From IMG/VR virus record IMGVR_UViG_3300048091_000425: DNA of 64,000 nucleotides; one strand, 5' to 3'. Below, piece by piece: positions 9,376 to 19,471 of this stretch. The notes beneath the pieces were generated by a model that ran no database searches, was not told where the DNA came from, and saw nothing but the letters and a program-made list of their open reading frames with translations. Numbering within the stretch: position 1 is the stretch's first letter; each line of letters opens with the position of its first letter. Origin of the DNA: a virus. The position numbers and the translations under genes are program-made.

Positions 9376-12345
9376 ATGACAATTCACGCCAATGCGACAG
9401 CCATTAAGCAGTTTGGCCAATGGTTTGTCGTGACAGCAGAGACCGTGGATGAACGCCGAAAGGTAGAGGCCCGTGCGAACCTGCTATGGGTAGACCACCG
9501 TGAGCCGACTTTGCAGGAGTGGGAGAGCCTGGAGACAATTACCGCCAGCCAATGGTTGCACGGCGAATGACCACTTTGTTCATAGGGAAGCATGCAGATG
9601 CCTGAGACACCAGAGATCACCAAGGAGATGTGGTGGAAGATGTGCGACGCTCATATGAGTCGTCCAGCTCCCCTGAATGAGGCGGATCTGACACGGGAGT
9701 TCATTTATGAGCGTTCGTGGGGAGTGTCCTACGTGCCGTTCGGTTACCACCAGATCGCAATGTCGCTGCTATTGGCGTTCCAGCATGGTCTGCTCCATGG
9801 CATCGATGTGTCCGACAAGCTGAACCTCGAGTTCTCTTCAGGCACGGCTGATCACTGGCTGGAGCACTCCCCCGGCGCCGCCTTCCTGTCCTCCCAGAGC
9901 CCGAAGATCTATGTTGGAAACATCAAGGGCCTGACGATCTTGGAAAGGCGTTTGTTTGGCGAGTACGGCGAAATCTTCTGTCCGTTCGAGTAACCTGCTA
10001 TCCAACTTAAGGAAGTGACCATGAAGGTTGAAGGAATCGAGATCACTGAGGCTCAAATCAGCGCCATGCTCAGCGTAATGAGCAAGCGCTTTCGCGCCTC
10101 CGATGTCCGTGAAGCTGCTATTAAGGCCGGCGTCCCTGATGCGGTTGAAATGCGTGCCGCAGACCGTCTACTCATCCGGCAGCGCCAGAAAGGCCTTATT
10201 CAGCCGATTCCTGACGATAAGCCGTACTGGACGAAGCTGTAAGAAAGAAATTGCGCCTTTCTGGAAAAACTTTTCCGATAGCGAGAAACACGAAAGCCCG
10301 CAAGATTGCTCAGGCGGGCCTCGGAGATTGGGCAAAATCGGCAGAACCGAAGGTGCGTTGTGTACAGGTTATTGGCCGGTAGGCATGCTCGTCAACCAGC
10401 CGCAGCAAAAGAGTGAATGTCGTATGTCTCTACCCAGCGTAACGCTCAAGGCCGGCCAACTGGCTTGCTGCCCGGATTGCAAACAACCACAGAGCGATCC
10501 TGTTGAGGACTACCTCTCGGCTACCCAATCTGCTGTGAATGATCGCTGCGAGAGTTGCCATATCAGTCTGCGCTTTATTCGAACGGAGTCCGGCGAGGTT
10601 GAGATCCATGCCCGGCAGACCCGTGCCGAGCTGCTGGAGCAGCGTCGTACGCTCAGATAGCGACAAGGCCTACCCTTCCCAAAAATCATAGGATTAATCA
10701 ACATGGCGCACGACTGGCTACCGTATACGCACCCCACCTGGGGCCCAGGCAAGATGCTGATGGGTGATCCACACCGTCAATGCCAGAACTGCGGTGCGGT
10801 TCAAAAGCGGTTAACCGAGCACGCCTGGATGCGGGTCACCGGCTATCGTTGGCTCCCGCTTGTAGGCCGCTGCGCGGAAGTTACCGATTCTCTCTCTTGG
10901 CAGGTCTTTCTTAACGGCGAGCAGAAAGACCCGGTGCAGGCTCGACATCATTCCGAAGCAGTACTTGAAGCCAAGGAGGCGCTCAAGCTGATTGACGGTG
11001 TCGACCTTGAGGTTCTGCCGGCAGCTTCTGCGCCTTGAACATATTGACTAAATTGACTTGTGATATCATTATGTCACCATCATAAATTGACATCGGTGAT
11101 TCATATGCCTTGTGCAACAGTTGCAGACCTGAAAATCCTGATTGAAAACGCAAAGGATACGGACGTACTGTATTTCTCTATCCGATCAGAAGACGATCCA
11201 GAAACCGTTCGTTATGCCAGCGAAATCAGTGATGTCGCTACCCTCACCGCTGTGGGTAAACGCTCCTTCCAGACCGCAGACGGTGATCGCGATATCATCA
11301 AAATAAATCTCTGCATCGACCTTGATCCAAAAGATTGACTGAACACTCAGCAATCAACCGATCAAACAAGGAGATCTTTGCGGATGACGGCTTCTGCCCG
11401 CGCTAAAACGCACAAGTACAACTACTGGATCACCGCTAATCCCCAGATGCCCGATCATGTGCGTGAGCAATACAGTCGCGAGGGGCTCAAAGGCACGCTT
11501 TGCGGATACCTGCGCCCGAGCACGACGACTGAGGCCAGCGAGGTCACATGTTTCTATTGCAAGCACATGATGGCCAAAGCCTCTGAGCAACCTGGGAAAA
11601 ACCAATGTATTTGAAAAGTTGTGACCCCCTCCGGATTGGTACCAGGAATTTGGAACCTGAAGCCGCAATCTCCACTGGGGCTGTTGAGCCTGGAGTGCTG
11701 GGGCTTGTGATCGCACTTAATGGCGTCGATGGCGTTTCAACAATGGCATCCTGTCACGGCCATGGCCGAACCGCAGCGTTGTTTAGTCGCGCTGTGATTG
11801 AATCCACGCCTTACGTTCTTTTTAGGGCTCCAACGGAGTTAGCGCAAAAGCTCGCCAAATTGATTGCTGGGCCGAAACGAGACGGGCGCTTGTATTACGG
11901 CTGGCACTTGGGTGGGTATTTTCACCCGTCGGATTCCGAACTGGTGTGGTTTATAGAGCCCGATGATGTGCGAATCGCTAACCAATTCGATACACAAAGC
12001 AAGCATCAGTGGGATCGTGCAAGGATTGACGTCGATTTGAACCTGCTGGCGGACATCGTTAATTCCGTCACCACTTAATCAAGTGGAAGGAGATTCCTGG
12101 TGAAGACCTCTATTACGCTTTACACCCTGCGCAACGCAAAAGGCGAGTATTACAGCTTCGCTGATGCGGCGACCTATGACGGCCCGCAGCTCAGCCGCGA
12201 TCCTCGCAATGCCAAGCAGATGACTGCCCAAGGCTGCGGTGCTGTGAAACGCTGGCTGGCCAATCCAAAATATCATGGGGTGGAATTCGAGCGTGTGGCG
12301 GTTACCGACATGATCACATCCGGCCTGTTGCCCCAGCCGGTCTAA
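9376..12345 (+). other. Run of small hypothetical genes (9376-9570, 9592-9993, 10015-10242, 10424-10660 Zn-ribbon, 10703-11038, 11060-11338, 11378-11614, 12100-12345)
   Basis: Co-oriented short ORFs with RBSs; CPDC/CESC in 10424-10660. Confidence 0.55.
11605..12078 (+). CDS. Hypothetical protein with T-x-x-S-C-x-G-H motif (weak TYW3-like)
   Basis: LVIALNGVDGVSTMASCHGH. Confidence 0.35.
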   Translation: MYLKSCDPLRIGTRNLEPEAAISTGAVEPGVLGLVIALNGVDGVSTMASCHGHGRTAALFSRAVIESTPYVLFRAPTELAQKLAKLIAGPKRDGRLYYGWHLGGYFHPSDSELVWFIEPDDVRIANQFDTQSKHQWDRARIDVDLNLLADIVNSVTT

Positions 12346-12373
12346 ATATCTGAAGCAATTGGAGAAGCGCAGC

Positions 12374-13504
12374 ATGATTACTGCAGTTTACGCACTTTCC
12401 GGAGACCCTATTACTTTCGGTCATATTGACATCATCAACCGAGCCGCCGCTGGGTTTGATAATCTCATTGTTGGCCTTGGCGTAAACCCCAACAAAAAAT
12501 ACATGCTAACCCCTAATGAGCGGATAGCTGTTGCCAAACAATCGCTATCCCACCTCAATAATGTTGAGGTGATGTTCTTCGAAGGCCTGCTTGTGGATTT
12601 CGCATTTGAACAAGGTGCCACAATCATTGTTCGTGGCATCAGAAACGCCTCGGATGCAGTGGCCGAACAAGCCCTCGATCAGATCAATGGCTCTCAGATG
12701 AACATTGATACTTTTTTCATGTTTTCACGTTCCAAGCTTGCACATGTAAGTTCCAGCAACGTGAAAGCACTACAGGCCGAGAACGGACTCATTCATGAAT
12801 ATGTTCCGCTCCCAGTTAAGAAAATGCTCGAACGCAAGATCTCACACCAGCTTGTCTACGGGGTAACAGGCGTAATGGGATCTGGGAAATCATACGTTGC
12901 CGAGCAACTTGCTATCTATGCCGAGACACAACATGCGGTATCAGAAAGCAACCCGCTGGTTCACAACATTGAACTTGATAATCTGGCTCATCAAGTATAT
13001 GAATCAGATAAACCGGGCTACAAAGACATTCGTGAAAAAATCCAAAATCACTTTGGAACGCTAGACCGGTCAGAAATTGGGCAGATCGCCTTCGGCAGCG
13101 AGAACAGCAAGGAGCACGTTGACTTTTTAAACAACATTTTCAAAGACCCTGTCATGGTTCTGCTGCGTCAAGAACTACGTGGCAGGCAAGGCATCGTGCT
13201 GATTAATGCAGCCTTGCTTGTTGAGAGTGACCTGCTCAATCTCTGCAACAACCATGTAATTTTAGTCAACGCTGAAGACGCAGTGCGCCATGAGCGTCTG
13301 GTGAAATTCAGGAACATTGACCCAGTTGTTGCTGAAGAACGTATCAAACACATGAAAAGCAACAGCGCCAAGAGAGCGCAGATCAAGAGGTCTATTTCCA
13401 GCTCTCGCTTCGGTAATATTGTAGATTTTGACAATTCCTCAAGTAACCTTGAGATGATTGCCAATCTGTATGAACAGCTTAAAAATGAATACTTCGGAAA
13501 GTAG
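12374..13504 (+). CDS. coaD-coaE: Fused phosphopantetheine adenylyltransferase (CoaD) - dephospho-CoA kinase (CoaE)
   Basis: N-terminal DPITFGHIDII (HxGH), VRGIR, VSSS.VK; C-terminal GVTGVMGSGKS Walker A and INAALLVE. Confidence 0.9.
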   Translation: MITAVYALSGDPITFGHIDIINRAAAGFDNLIVGLGVNPNKKYMLTPNERIAVAKQSLSHLNNVEVMFFEGLLVDFAFEQGATIIVRGIRNASDAVAEQALDQINGSQMNIDTFFMFSRSKLAHVSSSNVKALQAENGLIHEYVPLPVKKMLERKISHQLVYGVTGVMGSGKSYVAEQLAIYAETQHAVSESNPLVHNIELDNLAHQVYESDKPGYKDIREKIQNHFGTLDRSEIGQIAFGSENSKEHVDFLNNIFKDPVMVLLRQELRGRQGIVLINAALLVESDLLNLCNNHVILVNAEDAVRHERLVKFRNIDPVVAEERIKHMKSNSAKRAQIKRSISSSRFGNIVDFDNSSSNLEMIANLYEQLKNEYFGK

Positions 13505-13613
13505 AACAACCTGCAATATAATTTTGGTCATTTACATGTTCGCGGCAGGCCTGTTGAAACCGGCTTCCTGACCACTGAATCAGAAGAAATCAAGCATCAA
13601 AAGGACAGAAAAT

Positions 13614-14096
13614 ATGGAACGGCTCAAAGGGTACTACCGAGTCAAATATGAAGGAATCTGGACAATAGCGGAATACAAACCGACTGTGAACAGCCGCCCA
13701 GGCCACTGGCTATGGGTCGACGGCGACATGTATTGCGAGGAGTTCGATGAGATCTCTGATCGGCGGATTCCAATGCCTGACGATCCTGAAGAGCTCCAGG
13801 TCGTCGCTGTTACCTCAGCAACGGCGCCAGAGCAGACCCTAGCCATCGCTCAGCCGGCCATCGAGGGAGAGTTAATGCCTCGGTACAAATTCACAGACGC
13901 GGAGATGCTGGACTACATTCAGCGCCATCACACGCTTCACAAAACAATCGGGTTTCTGTATGTCGTTGACGGGTACCACGCCACAGTCATGTGGGATGAT
14001 TCGCCCATGTCCGAGGATTTCAAAGGTGAGACATTGCGTGGAGCAATTGATGCAATGATGACAAACGGCGATATTATGACCCGACAAGGTCGCTGA
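13614..14096 (+). CDS. Phage-type hypothetical protein
   Basis: 160 aa ORF with RBS, ending ~190 bp before the CRISPR array. Confidence 0.6.
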   Translation: MERLKGYYRVKYEGIWTIAEYKPTVNSRPGHWLWVDGDMYCEEFDEISDRRIPMPDDPEELQVVAVTSATAPEQTLAIAQPAIEGELMPRYKFTDAEMLDYIQRHHTLHKTIGFLYVVDGYHATVMWDDSPMSEDFKGETLRGAIDAMMTNGDIMTRQGR

Positions 14097-14149
14097 ACAT
14101 CTTCAGTCACCTTCTTTCATCGACGGCCAATAGATACCGTGGAAAACTG

Positions 14150-14284
14150 AACCTTCGTTTTTACAGATAACCAGCGCATGCCTTTAAAAATAGGCTTTTG
14201 CGCAAAATCCGTGCAAACAAAGGTTAGAGGCAGAAACCCCTTATTCTGCCTTTGATTTAAAGGGTTTAATGCAATATTCTGTCA
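14150..14284 (+). promoter_or_regulatory. Type I-F-like CRISPR leader
   Basis: AT-rich; inverted repeat AACCTTCGTTT (14150-14160) / AAACAAAGGTT (14215-14225); hairpin AGGCAGAA/TTCTGCCT at 14228-14251. Confidence 0.6.
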
Positions 14285-14552
14285 GTTCACCACCGTGCAG
14301 GTGGTTTTGAAAATCATCAGCATCGACTTGTGGTCGAAGACCGTGTTCACCACCGTGCAGGTGGTTTTGAAAAAAGTGAGAGCTTGAAATAGACCTCTTG
14401 ATCTGTTTACCACCATCTAGGTGGTTTTGAAATCGCCGGTAGCAGGATGCTGGGGTATGAAGCGGTTTACCACCCTACAGGTGGTTTTGAAAAGCTACGG
14501 TGGTGATGGTACACGCCCTCCCATGTTCTCCACCTAACAGGTGGTTGGTAAT
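14285..14552 (+). CRISPR. Orphan type I-F-like CRISPR array, 5 repeats / 4 spacers
   Basis: 28-bp repeat GTTCACCACCGTGCAGGTGGTTTTGAAA at exact 60-bp period (14285, 14345, 14405, 14465, 14525); 32-bp unique spacers; 5-bp stem CCACC/GGTGG with 5-nt loop and 8-nt handle; degenerate trailer repeat. Confidence 0.93.
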
Positions 14553-14616
14553 ACAGAGGCTCTGTCCGACCTCGCCTTTCTGGTCTACCGTTAGGCGAAC
14601 GAGGAGGAGCCAAAAC

Positions 14617-14832
14617 ATGAAGACTTTCAGCATAAGCCAAGCAAAGAGACGGTTAACCAGGCTCGCGAAACTGGCCGCGACTGGCGAAGTGGTGATCATC
14701 ACAAAAGGCGGCAAGCCAGTCGCTCAACTGGTGTCGCTGCACTACGGCGAAGACCACATAGGGAAACTCACGCACCTAGCAGAAGTGGACTATCAGGTCA
14801 AAGATGTCCACTGGGCCGGCGACAAGACCTGA
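14617..14832 (+). CDS. Phd/YefM-family antitoxin with no adjacent toxin
   Basis: MKTFSISQAKRRLTRL...GEVVIITKGGKPVAQLV; strong RBS GAGGAGG. Confidence 0.8.
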   Translation: MKTFSISQAKRRLTRLAKLAATGEVVIITKGGKPVAQLVSLHYGEDHIGKLTHLAEVDYQVKDVHWAGDKT

Positions 14833-14842
14833 CGGGAAGTGT

Positions 14843-15298
14843 CTACACCAGACCGACGGCCTGCCCCTGCGCCGCCAGCGCATTCATCATCCAGGCACTC
14901 TCCGCGTTTCGCTTCGTTTTGTACGCAACCACATCCACCAGGCGCAGCCGGCGATGTTTACCGACCTTGGTAAACGGAATGACGCCCCGCTCTACCAGCC
15001 TGATCAGGTAAGGCCTGGACACGTTTAGCAGGTCAGCCGCTTCCTGTGTGGTCAGTTCGGCCTGTACCGGCACAACTTGAGCACCGTTACCCTTCGCAAT
15101 CTCCTCCAGCGCATGCTGAAGCAGCCAGAGCGCAATAGCCGGTACCTCGACCTCTCTTTCAACGTTTTCATCCAACAGGCGTATCCGGTGAGTGACTGCG
15201 CCCGTATCAAGCAGGTCACGCAGGGGTGGCAATGCCTTTTCAGCGGTTGCACGCTCGAAAGCGCCGGGGATTGTGTAAAGGGTTGGCATGGCAAGCAC
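14843..15298 (-). CDS. Excisionase-family (HTH_17) DNA-binding protein
   Basis: ELTTQEAADLLNVSRPYLIRLVERG.IPF.KVGKHRRL; the usual PIN partner is absent. Confidence 0.85.
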   Translation of the reverse strand: MLAMPTLYTIPGAFERATAEKALPPLRDLLDTGAVTHRIRLLDENVEREVEVPAIALWLLQHALEEIAKGNGAQVVPVQAELTTQEAADLLNVSRPYLIRLVERGVIPFTKVGKHRRLRLVDVVAYKTKRNAESAWMMNALAAQGQAVGLV

Positions 15299-15486
15299 CG
15301 CATTGGTAGGAAGATGAACTAGATCTTAATCGAATTATTCGAATTGAACAGCGGAATTCATAGTGAATATATTGCCGAGACGTCGTTTGGGGTGGTAATT
15401 TGCCACTAGGCTCTCCGCGCCACAGTTTATGGCCTGGATTGGCACCAAATCGCCGCCCTAGCCGCGCAAAGAAAAGGAAATCCAAG

Positions 15487-16474
15487 ATGGATCAGACACG
15501 CAAGATCGAACAAATCACCGCGATCAACCAAAAGGTGGCAGAAACCAAGGATCATCAGTTGGTGGTCATTGCCCGGTGCAACGACAACACGGTCTGGATG
15601 ACTCGTCCGGATGCCTACAATCCATACTGGAGCCAGTTGCCGGACATCCCTCAGCCTGATGTGAAGGGAGATCCGCAATGAACACGCTGGCGAAGATCTG
15701 GAAGCCCTCCCAGGCGCAATGCAAGGTCATCAAGGCTGCCGCCGCTCTAGAGTCGGGCATCAAGGCTGATCAGATCAAGCTGCAACCTGGCGTGCGCCTG
15801 AACATGCAAGATCACACCGTCGAGTCGAGCATCAACATCGCTCGCGTCACTCGCAGCACTGACGGCACCTGGGAAGACACGGATCTCGAAGATCGGGTTG
15901 AGTGGCTCAGCTTCAAGAAAGGCGTCCCGCTCACCGACGATGGCCGGGCTATTGTGGACTTCTACATCCATCGTTACGGCATCCGCGACGATCTGGAAGG
16001 CAACGTGGTGGTGTTCTTCGAGAACGGCCAGCTGAGCCGAATCCGTGGCTACGGCGTCAAAGACCACGCGGTCAAATAACCAACCTGCGTAGAAATGCTG
16101 ACGGCAGCCGCTCCCGGTGAATCTGGTGTAGAATCATGGCGATTCACTACCTTCTGCACCCAGGGCTGCCAATGCACACCGACGACAAAGAACAATTGAA
16201 CCGCCAGCTGACCAGCTTGAGAGTAGCGGCTTCGCTGATACAAGGCTGGGTCACCAAAAGTGATGACCCCCATCCTGAGAAAAGCTATGCCCGCATGCTG
16301 GCCCAGCTCAATGCCGAGCTAGAAAATACCCAAAGTATCGTGCAGGAACACCGGGAAAATCTGCTCTTATCCATTGCAAATCGGCATAATCAATCCGATG
16401 CAGCGTTCAAGACTGCGGCGGTGTTCTCGATCAGCGATGCGAAGAATCGCCGGGCAGCTAAGGCCGCTGAGTAG
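15487..16474 (+). other. Three small hypothetical genes (15487-15681, 15678-16079, 16136-16474)
   Basis: Coupled co-oriented ORFs. Confidence 0.55.
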
Positions 16475-16652
16475 CACGATCCAGCTAGGCCCAGGCGCCG
16501 AAAACCCCATATAAAACCCCCGGATCTTTCGAAACGGGGGGTGCACACTACTGCACTTCGCCTGTGTTTTTGACGCACATTCGAGTAAGCCAATCGGCCT
16601 ACGAGATGTCATTCTAGATCAGGCCTTCCAGGCAGCAACGACTGTCCGTCCG

Positions 16653-17231
16653 TTAAATGCCATCTCGCACTGCTTTCGGCCTGATACGGTAGTGTTCCAG
16701 GACACCCTTCGCCGGCAATGTCAGGAAGTTGATCACGTGCGAACCATCCTTGCGAAAATCCTTCCGGAAATCTGCGGCACCGATCATGCGTAAGCGCCGC
16801 ATCTTGCGGTTGATGGTTTCCGGGGTGCTGGCGGTCAGCTCGGCAAGCTCTGCGTCGGTCATGTCTTTGGCCAGTAGGAGCTTCAGCAGATCGCGATGCT
16901 TGCGCTCCAGCAGGGTCGGTTCAAAGTTATCGTCAACACGCTTGCTGCAAATGGAGCTGATCAAACTCTGCGCCAGCGACAACTGACCCAGTACATACGC
17001 CTGGCGCAGCTCCGTGGAAACTGGCTGGTGTTGGACAATCGCCGCACGGACTTCAGGGGAGACTGCTCTCAACTGCGCAATGAACGTTTCCTGCAGAAAA
17101 TCGGAGAACTGGCCCAGCTCAGCCTTCGTCCCGCCGAAACAGTCCTCGATCATGTCTGAGAGAATGGCGAAATAGCTCGACTCCAACTGCTCAAGCGGCT
17201 TGTCGATGCGCAAAAAATCAAAGATATCCAT
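16653..17231 (-). CDS. Winged-HTH (MarR/ArsR-like) regulator
   Basis: C-terminal MTDAELAELTASTPETINRKMRRLRMIG...NFLT; promoter TTGAGC-17-TAATGT at 17260-17288. Confidence 0.65.
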   Translation of the reverse strand: MDIFDFLRIDKPLEQLESSYFAILSDMIEDCFGGTKAELGQFSDFLQETFIAQLRAVSPEVRAAIVQHQPVSTELRQAYVLGQLSLAQSLISSICSKRVDDNFEPTLLERKHRDLLKLLLAKDMTDAELAELTASTPETINRKMRRLRMIGAADFRKDFRKDGSHVINFLTLPAKGVLEHYRIRPKAVRDGI

Positions 17232-17284
17232 CTGCGTTCCCTACGGCTGATTTTGGTCAACATTAACGCCTGGCTATGCAAGGC

Positions 17285-17716
17285 TCAAGGGAATGGCTGT
17301 ACATAGCTAGAACCTGGTTTGGCATCTGCAGGCTTACGCATTTTTTTCAACCGAACAAGTTCGTCCAGTTCCTTTTGACTTGGAGAAGCGGCCTTGCAAG
17401 AAAGGGATGACAATTCAGGCGCACAGAAGGCTATCGCAGTGTTTATCGTCGGCGTCGACCATACCATATCGCATTGATGGCCCTGATAGGTCGTCATCAC
17501 CTTGGAGGTCAGCTCGGTGTCGTTTTCGAGTTTACTGACGCTTAGGACGTCAACGGTGATCAGATTTGTATCAATCGAGTACAATTTCCCCATGATGTCG
17601 CTGGCTGATTCCACCACGCCTGAGCATGGCAGCGGCGGAAGAAAGTGCTCATTCTCCTCAGCCATGGCTGGAAACGCGCAGAGCATCGAGCAAAACAGCA
17701 ATACTTGCTTATTCAT
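17285..17716 (-). CDS. Secreted Cys-containing hypothetical protein, paralogue A
   Basis: Signal peptide MNKQVLLFCSMLCAFPAMA; aligns with the upstream paralogue. Confidence 0.65.
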   Translation of the reverse strand: MNKQVLLFCSMLCAFPAMAEENEHFLPPLPCSGVVESASDIMGKLYSIDTNLITVDVLSVSKLENDTELTSKVMTTYQGHQCDMVWSTPTINTAIAFCAPELSSLSCKAASPSQKELDELVRLKKMRKPADAKPGSSYVQPFP

Positions 17717-18125
17717 GTACCTGGTCTGCCTTTTTGAATTCGAGTGACGGTAGAGGCCTGATCGCAGCTTCAAGGCGCTTCAGATGCGCCCGCAACTCCT
17801 GCCGCTCTTTGAGTGATGTGCAGTAGATGGATCTGAGCTGGCTCATGCAGCCCGACGGAGGCGTCAACCATTCGATAATACAATTCTGATCTTTAAAGCT
17901 GGTTTCGACGACGCTGAGCACGTCAGGGAGATTTTCCGGTTTGCTTAGCCGCTGAATTTCAACGCGCACGGCGTTCTGAGGTATCGAGTAAAACGTAGCC
18001 ATTGTCGATGCCGACAAATCCGTAACAGACTGGCAGGCCTGGGTCTGCTCCCCTTCTGGATGCTTGGCCGCCAGCGCCGGCAACACTACGAGCATCGAGC
18101 TCAACAGCAATACACGCTTAATCAT
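17709..18125 (-). CDS. Secreted Cys-containing hypothetical protein, paralogue B
   Basis: Signal peptide MIKRVLLLSSMLVVLPALA; shared C..V...S...M...YSI..N...V..SK.EN...C..W.TP pattern. Confidence 0.65.
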   Translation of the reverse strand: MIKRVLLLSSMLVVLPALAAKHPEGEQTQACQSVTDLSASTMATFYSIPQNAVRVEIQRLSKPENLPDVLSVVETSFKDQNCIIEWLTPPSGCMSQLRSIYCTSLKERQELRAHLKRLEAAIRPLPSLEFKKADQVHE

Positions 18126-18163
18126 TCCATTTCCTATCTTTAGTATGTGGTCGAAGGCACCCA

Positions 18164-18367
18164 TCAAATGAACAAAAACCCACTGATGATGCCGTCGTTG
18201 TTGACCCGAATGTTCAGGCGATCCGACCTGTAATCTTCCGTCGCTAAGACAAGTCCGCAGTAGCGCACGGTGCGACCCGTTTGCTCGGCGATGTCCATAC
18301 GAAGGCACTCGGAATACGCTTTGCCGACCAGGTGCCCGAAGTCATCCAGTATTTCTTGATTTGTCAT
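18164..18367 (-). CDS. I78/potato-inhibitor-I-like peptidase inhibitor domain
   Basis: TEDYRSDRLNIRVNNDGII motif. Confidence 0.6.
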   Translation of the reverse strand: MTNQEILDDFGHLVGKAYSECLRMDIAEQTGRTVRYCGLVLATEDYRSDRLNIRVNNDGIISGFLFI

Positions 18368-18433
18368 GCAGATTCCGCAGGAATGAGGCCTACAGTACAT
18401 ACCCGCAACCGCTAATGCAGACTCGGGCAATTC

Positions 18434-18757
18434 ATGGCCAACGATGATACCATTACGGCACCACCAGAGGATGTTAAAACCATGGATGCAGCGCACAAAG
18501 AAATGCTCACGGATTCAATCGTCGACAAAATCATGTTGCTGGAAAGAACCGCTGAAAGTCTGAAAACGCGGGTCTCCGGCCAGGCACTATCGGATGATGA
18601 GCAAAAGCTGGCGGACGCCGAAATGGGAGCCCTGCGCGGCTTCGTTGGAGAAGTCTCCAAGTTATCGGCGCTCAAGGAGTTCGACGCCGCTCAAATTTCG
18701 GCTGTCTATGAGCGCTTGGAAGCAGTGGTCGAGCGGGCCGATTCGTTCATGGCCTGA
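18434..18757 (+). CDS. Small acidic helical hypothetical protein
   Basis: 107 aa ORF followed by a terminator-like sequence. Confidence 0.6.
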   Translation: MANDDTITAPPEDVKTMDAAHKEMLTDSIVDKIMLLERTAESLKTRVSGQALSDDEQKLADAEMGALRGFVGEVSKLSALKEFDAAQISAVYERLEAVVERADSFMA

Positions 18758-18811
18758 AAAGAAAAAATCGCCACCTATGTGACGATTCTTTTGCTGGGGC
18801 GGTGTTCCGGC

Positions 18812-19300
18812 TCAGCCTCTACTCGGCAAACCATCAAACTCAGCCACGATGGTGCGGGATCTCTCCGACAGAGGGCCGGCTGGATAAAGCCCCTTCGCGA
18901 TGGACTGGGCCTTGAACAGACTGGCCAGTGACGCGTCCCCGGTAATGCTGGCAACCAGGGCCTCTGGCGTTTCGAACAGGGCTGAAGGCTTGTAGTTCTT
19001 GAGCCCGCCGTGTTGCGCCATCACCCGGTCAATGACCCTGGTGTGAACACTGATCGTGTCCTTCATGCTCTGGGACGAATCGATCAGTGCCTGCACAGAA
19101 CCCTTACCGTTGCTCATGATCGTGCCAAAGCTGTCAGCTGGCGCGTGTGCGTGCTCTGCGACATTGAATTGCACCACATCCACCACGAATGCCTGATCAC
19201 GGTAGGCAGCCGGAGTGTCCTCCATAACTGGGGAGTTCAGATTGCCAGGCGTGCGCTCGGCCAGATTGATCTCAATCGGCTCGTCAAATACTAGGCTCAT
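18812..19300 (-). CDS. Hypothetical protein
   Basis: 162 aa ORF with RBS. Confidence 0.6.
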   Translation of the reverse strand: MSLVFDEPIEINLAERTPGNLNSPVMEDTPAAYRDQAFVVDVVQFNVAEHAHAPADSFGTIMSNGKGSVQALIDSSQSMKDTISVHTRVIDRVMAQHGGLKNYKPSALFETPEALVASITGDASLASLFKAQSIAKGLYPAGPLSERSRTIVAEFDGLPSRG

Positions 19301-19471
19301 TGTCCAGTGTCCTTGTCTTTTATTGTTCTTTTAATGCCTATATTGACACTAGCATTGGCCCGCCATCACAAACAAGATCAGGTGGTTTCCCCCGCGACAC
19401 ACGTCACAGACAGCTACCGAATTCGTGATGTAGAATGATGGTAATTCACCAGCCATGGGTCAGGACAACCG

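Noticed and set aside
13066-13074. AACGCTAGA partial operator match
   Set aside because: Inside the coaE coding region, only 9 bp, and no promoter context
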